Below, piece after piece: positions 38,624 through 45,402 of a stretch of 64,000 nucleotides of DNA (positions within the stretch are counted from its first letter, which is position 1; each line of letters opens with the position of its first letter). Where the stretch lies: positions 29,013 to 93,012 of the forward strand of contig JAQGNH010000392.1 of the NCBI GenBank assembly GCA_028291945.1. The letters run 5' to 3'. The notes beneath the pieces are model-generated. The model ran no database searches, was not told the DNA's origin, and saw only the letters and a list, made by a program, of their open reading frames with translations. A program made the translations under genes and the position numbers. The stretch comes from Betaproteobacteria bacterium (GTDB lineage Bacteria; Pseudomonadota; Gammaproteobacteria; Burkholderiales; SG8-41).

Positions 38624-39334
38624 TTGGAGATTCAGGTTACCAAACGCAGAAAAAGGACGCACCGGCCGAGCCTCAAATTCGAAAAAGAGGCTGCCTGCGT
38701 CGTTTGCGGGGTTGATGAAGTCGGCTGTGCACCGCTCGCCGGGCCGGTTGTCGCGGCGGCAGTAATCCTGCCGAGCACGGGATTACCGAGGAAACTCGCC
38801 GCACTGATCAACGACAGCAAGATCGTCCCCGCACCGAAACGCGAGGCGGCTGCATTCGCGCTTCCCCAATACTGCGTGATCAGTTTTGGGGAGGCCAGCG
38901 TCGAAGAGATCGACACGCTGAATATTTACCACGCGCGAATGCTGGCCATGCGGCGCGCGGTGGCAGGACTGAGTGTGCTTCCGCAGCTGGCGCTGATCGA
39001 CGGCAACGCAACGCCGAAAGACCTCGCATGCCCTGCGCGCACGATCGTCGATGGAGATGCGAAGTGCCTGTCGATCGCGGCCGCCTCGATCGTTGCCAAA
39101 GTTTTTCGCGATGCCTATATGCACAAGCTCGCAGATGAATTCCCCGGCTATGGGTGGGAAACAAACGTCGGGTATGGGACCCGCGACCATCGCAGCGCCC
39201 TCGTTCGCCTGGGACTCACGCCGCACCATCGCCGCAGCTTCGCGCCCGTTCGCATGCACCTCGGTCTACCGCTTTTTCCCGACGACTGTCCAATCCCCGC
39301 AATCGACGACCCAGAACAGGACCACTGGGACTGA
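38624..39334 (+). CDS. rnhB: Ribonuclease HII
   Basis: GVDEVG..LAGPVVAAAVIL, NDSK, IDGN, IAAASIVAKVFRD, GYGT, HRRSFAPV; start codon uncertain. Confidence 0.92.
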   Translation: MEIQVTKRRKRTHRPSLKFEKEAACVVCGVDEVGCAPLAGPVVAAAVILPSTGLPRKLAALINDSKIVPAPKREAAAFALPQYCVISFGEASVEEIDTLNIYHARMLAMRRAVAGLSVLPQLALIDGNATPKDLACPARTIVDGDAKCLSIAAASIVAKVFRDAYMHKLADEFPGYGWETNVGYGTRDHRSALVRLGLTPHHRRSFAPVRMHLGLPLFPDDCPIPAIDDPEQDHWD

Positions 39335-39377
39335 AGCACATCACACGACCGTGTGAGAGCGTGCCATACCGGAGGAT

Positions 39378-39714
39378 GGGAGGTTACGGACGAAAACCTT
39401 GGGTTTCCCTCTGTCCGTTCATAGGCCCGCCTCGCGGAGCGAGCTTCCGAGGGCAAACAAGCACTGGGCGCAATCAGCGCACCGCATTGGCTCAGTGCCT
39501 CAAAGCGAGCGCTGCGAGCCGAAGGAAGAGAGGTTACGGAGAGAAACCTAAGTGTCTCTGTTCGTTCAGGCGGGGCGCCTAGCGGAGCAAGGTTGCGCAG
39601 CGAAACTATCGCCGGGCGCAATCCAGCGCATCGCATTGGCTCAGTGCCCCGAAGCGAGCGACGAGCCCGACGATGGGAGGTTACGGAGGGAAACCTTGGT
39701 TTCCCTCTGTTCGT
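39378..39714. repeat. ~150 bp tandem repeat (2.3 units) with REP-like hairpins
   Basis: AGGTTACGGA at 39381, 39531, 39678; shared GGGCGCAATC(C)AGCGCA(C/T)CGCATTGGCTCAGTGCC; hairpin ACGGAGGGAAACC-TT-GGTTTCCCTCTGT. Confidence 0.85.
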
Positions 39715-39719
39715 AAATT

Positions 39720-39746
39720 CCATTATCGCGCTTCACGCGATAATGG
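39720..39746. terminator. Perfect 11-bp hairpin overlapping the CCA end of the displaced tRNA-His 3' fragment
   Basis: CCATTATCGCG-CTTCA-CGCGATAATGG. Confidence 0.5.
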
Positions 39747-39793
39747 GGTGGCTGATGGGACTCGAACCCACGACAACCGGAATCACAACCCGG
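39744..39793 (-). repeat. att site: duplicated 3' half of tRNA-His (distal end of the island)
   Basis: 47/50 identical to 45040-45089; 18-bp perfect core CGACAACCGGAATCACAA (39771-39788 = 45067-45084) extending into the anticodon loop. Confidence 0.93.
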
Positions 39794-39818
39794 ACGCCAC
39801 AGATTCTGAATTTTGTTA

Positions 39819-39831
39819 AATCAACAGGTTA
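39819..39831 (+). promoter_or_regulatory. IHF consensus site in att arm
   Basis: AATCAACAGGTTA matches WATCAANNNNTTR; a near-consensus counterpart lies at 45013-45025 on the - strand (GTTCAACGACTTA). Confidence 0.6.
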
Positions 39832-40196
39832 GGCAGCGCCGGCTCTTCCTGTGTCGATTTAATAGCCCCTGATGGCCTATCCTTCCAGCACACTTTTGAC
39901 ACAGCATTTCATACCGACGTCGCTTCCCATACTGTCCGCGGGGGAAGCGTTACTGCGACATGTAGGTGAGCCAGACCCGGACTAGCCTCATCGACGAGCT
40001 CAATTGAACGGATTTCGAACCGTTAATTGCCGCTCGAAAATCTGTCCGTGCTGCAGTCTTCGGAATAAAGCTCTTTGCATCCCGCCAGAAGCGCCGAAGC
40101 GACGATCATCGCGTCTTAAATACTAAGCCCGTAACGAGCGGCAATTGCGGAACATCGCGACAGTAGGCAAGCTGGGTAAGCCATGTCAGCACTGAG

Positions 40197-41036
40197 GTGC
40201 TACAGTTCCGCCATAAACCACTCACAGCTGAGTCTAGTGTGAATCACGGCCTCGAGTACAACCGCCAGCTCTTGTTACTTGGTGCCAAGCGGAACGCAGT
40301 TCTTGAACTGTCGGAAGTGCAGCGTTATGGAACGGATAGCTACGGCGATCCTGACTACGTAACGATTTACGGTTTGCGACCCGCCGACTGGTTCGCGAAG
40401 GGAGTCCGGCTCCTCGGGCGCACAGCGGTCGAATGCACCCGAGATGAGCTCGCCAACGCAGTCGGAAAAGAAATCGCGGCAATTGCTGCAAGTGGCGCAG
40501 AGGCGGCGCATGTCGTTTTGGACCCGTTTGCTGGGTCCGGCAACACGCTGTACTGGATCTTGCGCCACCTGCCTGGTGCGCGCGCTACCGGTTTCGAGCT
40601 CGATCCTAAAGTTTTTGAGCTCACCCGAGCCAATCTGTCGATACTCGGGCTTCCAGTTACGATCCTGAACGCCGACTACGCGAGCGAACTGTCCAATGTT
40701 GCACCTGCTACCGATGAGCTTCTGGTTACGTTCATAGCCCCACCTTGGGGCGAAGCGCTCAGCGCAAAGTCAGGACTCGATCTACGACGCACCACTCCGG
40801 CCGTAACCGAAATCGTTGACCTACTCACGAAACAGTATCGGCACAATCGGCTCGTATGCGCCGTTCAGGTTCACGAGCGACTTGATCATGCCGGTGTACG
40901 CGAAATTACGCAGCGCTTCGACTGGTCAGCGTTATCCATCTTTGATCTGAATCCGCCCGGAGAACGGCACGGACTTCTTCTTGGCACAATCGGGTGGGTG
41001 CCACGACTCGGAGCTGCAGCAGCGAATCATGCATAG
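40197..41036 (+). CDS. SAM-dependent class I methyltransferase (Tgs1/RsmD-like)
   Basis: Motif I VVLDPFAGSGN, GFELD, motif IV-like FIAPPWG; start codon uncertain. Confidence 0.8.
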   Translation: MLQFRHKPLTAESSVNHGLEYNRQLLLLGAKRNAVLELSEVQRYGTDSYGDPDYVTIYGLRPADWFAKGVRLLGRTAVECTRDELANAVGKEIAAIAASGAEAAHVVLDPFAGSGNTLYWILRHLPGARATGFELDPKVFELTRANLSILGLPVTILNADYASELSNVAPATDELLVTFIAPPWGEALSAKSGLDLRRTTPAVTEIVDLLTKQYRHNRLVCAVQVHERLDHAGVREITQRFDWSALSIFDLNPPGERHGLLLGTIGWVPRLGAAAANHA

Positions 41037-41204
41037 CTACGCTGCTGTGGCGTTCAATCGCCAGGACGTCGCGGCACAAGTATGTGTGGTGCCGCTTATG
41101 GCCCGATAGCTGCCTGCTGCTTGGCGCTGCCCCAGTTGGTGTAACAGGGGACCTACGGATACAGGCGGAGCGCGTAATCGCATGATTACGCATCCCTGCT
41201 CTGC

Positions 41205-41281
41205 CATAAAACGCATTAGGACGAAAACAACGAGCGCCGCCTCAGCTCATGCCTACTTGTTTTCGTCATAACGCGTCTATG
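41205..41281. other. Inverted pair of dif-like (tyrosine recombinase core-type) sites
   Basis: CATAA-AACGCA-TTAGGACGAAAACAA ... 26 bp ... TTGTTTTCGTCATAA-CGCGT-CTATG; perfect 11-bp IR at 41220-41230/41257-41267. Confidence 0.5.
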
Positions 41282-41707
41282 AGGCGGTCTTTCATCAACG
41301 AATTTCTATCCGCCAAGCGGTTTTGATCAGACAGCGTTTAATCATACTGCTGCCCTTGCAAGCGGGCGCATGCTGATTACCTCCACGGTTAAGTTGTTGC
41401 TCAATTCTCCGTGCTAATCCCCGAGCTAATCGCGATATCCCTTTTTTTTGCCACCATTTCTCATTGCGCGACGATACGAGACCAATCAAGATCACCAGCA
41501 ACATCGCCTGAACAGTGCATCGATTGACGCGCAAAAAGTGACGGCGTAAAAATGAGTCTCACGTTGTACAGGTAGTTGGCATCCTGGCCGTTCGTTGCGA
41601 GCGGCGAAGCCAGCGCAGTGGTTATCGCAGCCGATCATCGCGATCGAGTAACACACGCCAGCTCGCCGCGTGGGAAGTAGCCAAGCCCAAGAGAAAGATT
41701 CAAAAGA

Positions 41708-42546
41708 GCGCGAGGTTAACCCGTATTGCCTCGTGCGCGCGCCTGCAAGGGCGTTCGGGAGAGAGTGACGCGCGTGGCTTGACAGTGCGCGTCGCAAGCC
41801 CTCGAGCTTGCAGAGAGACGGCCGTCCCCAAGACGGTCGCATAGGATTGCACAGTGGCCGTCGCTTCCTGGGCGGCCTGTCAAAGAGATCCCGAACGGGA
41901 TCACCGAGCGTTCACGGCAAGTGAGCGCCCGGTCACGAGATCGAGCGAGTTTGTTGTCTCGCCTCGATCGTGGACGCGTGACGTCCAGTAGCAACGTGTC
42001 GGTCCGGTGCTCGATGCCAGACCGACACGTTTTCCGACATTGATTCCGAGAGTCGCCGCCTGTTTCGGTGCGTGACGTGCGAAGGCCGCACGCCGCCCGT
42101 GTGCCGCGAGCCTTGAGCTCGCGTGCACGCGACGTGGGGTAACGGCCGTAGCCGCTCACGCACACAGCTATCGCCACCCGCACGCGCGTCGTTACTAGCG
42201 GGCCACCGCTAGTGACGTACGCGCTAACACGACCGGCGCGGGGTGCAAGTCCCGCGTGTCTGCGAACTCGGAACCACGTGACGAACCTCCTGAAGGCGAG
42301 TCATGCCAGCTTTGCGATGGGTGCAATGCCCTCGCCGAATGATTCGCGTAACGGACCGATGAGACGCGCCTTAACGGCGCTCCTTGAGTCCTGGGTTAAT
42401 GACTCTCGCGACGGGCGATTCTGCAGGATCGCCCTCGCGACGCCTACAAGGCGGCGTGCGGCGCCGGCGAGCAGCAAAAACTTCCGCACGAAACGGGAGT
42501 GGTGTCCCGTGCTCAATCTTAGTCCTCGTGGCCGCTACGGCGTCAC
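41708..42546 (+). ncRNA. Putative large structured ncRNA or folded ssDNA: array of ~20 consecutive stem-loops
   Basis: Back-to-back hairpins, e.g. 41794-41811, 41887-41902, 41971-41987, 41993-42031 (12 bp perfect), 42190-42217, 42406-42440, 42493-42510; G-T wobbles on the + strand; no credible ORF. Confidence 0.6.
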
Positions 42547-42775
42547 AGGCGAGCAGAAACACTTACCTGACACGAACACACCAAGGCAGCACAGGCAGCA
42601 CGGCAGAAACGCTTTACGGGACGAATGGAACGCTTTTCAAGAAAGGACCTGAATCATGCGAGACAAACGATCACCGCTCCCGCCGTCGGTTCCCACTCTG
42701 GCGGCGGCGCTTCAAATCGCGGGCATGGATTGCCTCCCGCGTGTTCGCTCTCACTCACATGACAAGGACGCGCCC

Positions 42776-43645
42776 ATGCGTGATCTGAACTACGCCTTGA
42801 AGCAGCTCTCCATGCGAAACCGTGATGGCAGCTTCGCGACCCAGGCCGACCGCCAGCACATCCTCAATCTCGTTGCCAATCAGCTCCACGAGATGGGGTT
42901 CCGGCACATGGACGCCCACAGCCTGAAGCCCAAGCACGTAGAGAAGCTCGTTGAGCGCTGGCTTGGCGAGGACCTGTCGGCGGGGACGCTCAAGAACCGG
43001 ATGACGGCGCTGCGCTGGTGGGCCGAGAAGATCGGCAAGGAGAACGTTGTCGCGCGCAGCAACGACGCCTACGGCATTCCGGATCGAGTCTTCGTGACCA
43101 ATGTTTCGAAGGCCACCGAGCTTGACGCCGAGAAGGTCGGGCAAATTCGGGATGCCTACATCCAAATGTCACTCCGACTGCAAGCCGCATTTGGCCTGCG
43201 CCGCGAAGCCTCGATCAAGATCATTCCGGCGCTGGCGGATCAAGGCACCTGGCTCGTACTCCAAGAGTCCTGGAACAAGGGCGGGCGAGAGATCAGACTT
43301 CCCATCCTCACGCCGGAGCAGCGCGATCTCCTCGACCAGGCCAAAGCACTTGCTCAAGGCAAGAGCCTCGTTGCGCCCGGCCATACCACCTACCGCGACT
43401 ATCTCGCGCACTTTCGTTACGAATGCAAGCGCGTCGGCATTCACGCCTTCCACGGCCATCGACATTTCTACGCGCAGGCGCGCTACAAAGCATTGACCGG
43501 TCACGAATGCCCGGCGCGGGGTGGCCCTACTTCCAAACAACTCACGCCCGAGCAGAAGGCCGCCGATCGCGAGGCGCGGCAGACGATCAGTCACGAGATG
43601 GGCCATAACCGCGAACAGATCACTGCCGTGTATTTGGGACGCTGA
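42776..43645 (+). CDS. Tyrosine recombinase, Integrase_l_N + Integrase_1-like family
   Basis: MRDLNYALKQL..RDGSFATQADR, LKNRMTALRWWAEK, catalytic FGLRREA, HGHRH, MGHNR, AVYLG; RBS AAGGA. An in-frame ATG at 42656 also has an RBS. Confidence 0.88.
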   Translation: MRDLNYALKQLSMRNRDGSFATQADRQHILNLVANQLHEMGFRHMDAHSLKPKHVEKLVERWLGEDLSAGTLKNRMTALRWWAEKIGKENVVARSNDAYGIPDRVFVTNVSKATELDAEKVGQIRDAYIQMSLRLQAAFGLRREASIKIIPALADQGTWLVLQESWNKGGREIRLPILTPEQRDLLDQAKALAQGKSLVAPGHTTYRDYLAHFRYECKRVGIHAFHGHRHFYAQARYKALTGHECPARGGPTSKQLTPEQKAADREARQTISHEMGHNREQITAVYLGR

Positions 43646-43681
43646 CGCACAACGCACGTGCGAGAGCTGGCAGATAGCGAG

Positions 43682-44002
43682 ATGAGTCACGCAGTCCCAC
43701 TCACTCAAGCGGCCGCCGTCTTGGGGGTCGCCTATAAGACGGTGTGGAAAGCCGCCGCTACGGGGAAGATCAAGGCGTTCCGTGCGTGGCCAGGTGGGCC
43801 ATGGCGCATATGGCAGCACGAGCTCGACCGCTTATTGCATAATGAGCACGGGCCGGCGCTGCCTCCAGATATGGAGGTTGCATGCCCCATAAGCGTGAAG
43901 GGAGCCGATATTGGTGGGTGCGTATCGGCGGAGTACGACAATCTGCTGAAACAGAGGACTTCGAAGCAGCGACGCGGATCGAGCGTGACGGCAACGAGAT
44001 AA
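43682..44002 (+). CDS. Excisionase / HTH_17 DNA-binding protein
   Basis: LTQAAAVLGVAYKTVWKAAATGKIKAFR...WRI winged-HTH pattern; 3' end overlaps int by 121 bp. Confidence 0.8.
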   Translation: MSHAVPLTQAAAVLGVAYKTVWKAAATGKIKAFRAWPGGPWRIWQHELDRLLHNEHGPALPPDMEVACPISVKGADIGGCVSAEYDNLLKQRTSKQRRGSSVTATR

Positions 44003-45015
44003 TTCAGCTGTCACGTCAGAAGGCCAAGATAGAGGCGATGCGCCTTGAATTGGTCGGCGCCAAACCGGCGCGGTCGTGGAAAGAGCTTTGTGTTCGCTGG
44101 TCGAAGGAGAAAGCAGCAAAGGCGTCTTGGCTGGATGATCTGAGGATGATCGAGTGGTGGGGTCAGCATCTGGATCACATTACTGACATCCGCGTGATCA
44201 CTCGCGAGCGGGTTGACGATGTCATGCGGACGCATCGCAGCGGCATAACCGTAGCATCAGCAGTACCGGCCAATTCAACGGCTAACCGCTACGTGGCGTT
44301 GCTCTCCGCCATGCTGAATGCCGCGTGCAAGCGGTGGGACTGGATCGAGCGTGCCCCGCTCTTGATGCGCTACCCAGAACCGGAAGGCCGCGAGTCGTGG
44401 CTGACGGTTACCGAGTGGCGCTTACTCGAGCAGCAGTGCCCCGAGCACCTGCGGCGGCCAGCGACATTTGCACTGGCTACCGGGTTACGCGATGCCAAGG
44501 TGTTTGGTTTGGAATGGCCACAGATAAACATGTCGGAGCGGTATTTGATGCACAAGGGAACCGGGAACAAGCTGGGCAACGTCATTCCGTTGAACGATAC
44601 GGCCATGGCGGTGCTGCGCGAGATCCAGGCATCCCCGGTGCGTCATATGACGCGGGTGTTTACGTGGATGAAGCCAAAGAAGGTGGATGATGTTCTAACG
44701 TACACGGTCGAGCCGTTGAATGATTACGGTAAGGCGTGGTGGAAAGCGCTCGCGCGTGCTGGTCTGGGGCATTACGATGCAGATGGACGCTGGCGGGGGG
44801 AATTTACGTGGCATGGACTACGCCACACCTTCGCAACGTGGCTACGCAGCGGTGGTGCTCCCGATTGGGCAATCGACGCTTTGGGAGGCTGGTCAAGGGC
44901 TGCAACACGCGAGCGTTATTCGCATGTGTACGTCGAGTCTCTGCGGCCGTTCGCGCAGATGATCGACACAGTTCTGACACAGCAACCGGATATTAGAGCA
45001 GCACAACACCGGTAA
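43882..45015 (+). CDS. Phage-type site-specific integrase (tyrosine recombinase)
   Basis: N-terminal arm-binding-like KREGSRYWWVRI, STANRY, ATGLR, WHGLRHTFATW, LGGWS, ERYSH; ends 25 bp from tRNA-His. Confidence 0.93.
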   Translation: MPHKREGSRYWWVRIGGVRQSAETEDFEAATRIERDGNEIIQLSRQKAKIEAMRLELVGAKPARSWKELCVRWSKEKAAKASWLDDLRMIEWWGQHLDHITDIRVITRERVDDVMRTHRSGITVASAVPANSTANRYVALLSAMLNAACKRWDWIERAPLLMRYPEPEGRESWLTVTEWRLLEQQCPEHLRRPATFALATGLRDAKVFGLEWPQINMSERYLMHKGTGNKLGNVIPLNDTAMAVLREIQASPVRHMTRVFTWMKPKKVDDVLTYTVEPLNDYGKAWWKALARAGLGHYDADGRWRGEFTWHGLRHTFATWLRSGGAPDWAIDALGGWSRAATRERYSHVYVESLRPFAQMIDTVLTQQPDIRAAQHR

Positions 45016-45039
45016 GTCGTTGAACTGCAGGTGAGAAGA

Positions 45040-45116
45040 TGGGGTGGCTGACGGGACTCGAACCCGCGACAACCGGAATCACAATCCGGGACTCTACCAG
45101 CTGAGCTACAGCCACC
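45040..45116 (-). tRNA. tRNA-His(GUG)
   Basis: GGTGGCTGTAGCTCAGCTGGTAGAG..CCGGA-TTGTGAT-TCCGG..GGTTCGAGTCCC..CAGCCACCCCA; G-1:C73 pair, encoded CCA. Confidence 0.98.
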
Positions 45117-45143
45117 ATCGGAAAACTAGGAGCGCAATTGGAA

Positions 45144-45220
45144 TGGCGCGCCCGGCGGGACTCGAACCCACAACCCCCGGCTTAGAAGGCCGGTGCTCTA
45201 TCCGATTGAGCTACGGGCAC
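45144..45220 (-). tRNA. tRNA-Arg(UCU)
   Basis: GTGCCCGTAGCTCAATCGGATAGAGCA-CCGGC-CTTCTAA-GCCGG..GGTTCGAGTCCC..GGGCGCGCCA. Confidence 0.97.
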
Positions 45221-45402
45221 TGTCGACGCTAAGGGCAACCGCCACGCTTGACGGACGCCTCCAAGAGGCCCGTAATCATATATCCCGGCTGCTTCGACGG
45301 TCAATCTAAAGTAGGCTCCGAATGCAATGTCCGAGTTTCCTTGCTACCCCTGGGGAATTCTGATAGAAAAGCGCTCTTTTAACGACTGGACAGTACATTC
45401 AA

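Larger units (their letters stand above)
39744..45089. mobile_element. ~5.3 kb integrative element in tRNA-His (methyltransferase, hairpin array, Integrase_1-like recombinase, xis, int)
   Basis: Flanking tRNA 3' duplication, integrase adjacent to the intact tRNA, IHF-like and GACACAG arm-type repeats at both ends. Confidence 0.9.

Noticed and set aside
39378-39714. Possible CRISPR array or tmRNA near smpB
   Set aside because: The inter-repeat segments are homologous to each other and too long for spacers. No tmRNA GGGGC 5' end, tRNA-Ala-like 3' end or tag ORF was seen.
39744-39793. Second tRNA-His gene
   Set aside because: Only the 3' half is present, with no D arm or 5' acceptor strand; it is an att duplication.
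41295-41534. 79-aa - strand ORF in the AT-richer part of the island
   Set aside because: No recognisable motif and a weak start; could be a gene remnant but cannot be supported.
41524-41553. Sigma70 promoter TTGACG-N17-TAAAAA upstream of the hairpin array
   Set aside because: The -10 element lacks the conserved final T; kept only as a candidate for RACE.
41708-42546. Integron attC array or group II intron
   Set aside because: Hairpins lack RYYYAAC/GTTRRRY ends and intervening cassettes. No intron domain V or reverse transcriptase was found; the GGGTGCAAGTCCC loop alone is insufficient.
41716-42788. ORFs of 63-155 aa overlapping the hairpin array (e.g. 41716..42183-, 42212..42652+, 42384..42788+)
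   Set aside because: Arg/Ala/Ser-rich, no motifs, no good RBS and mutually overlapping; typical spurious ORFs of GC-rich DNA.
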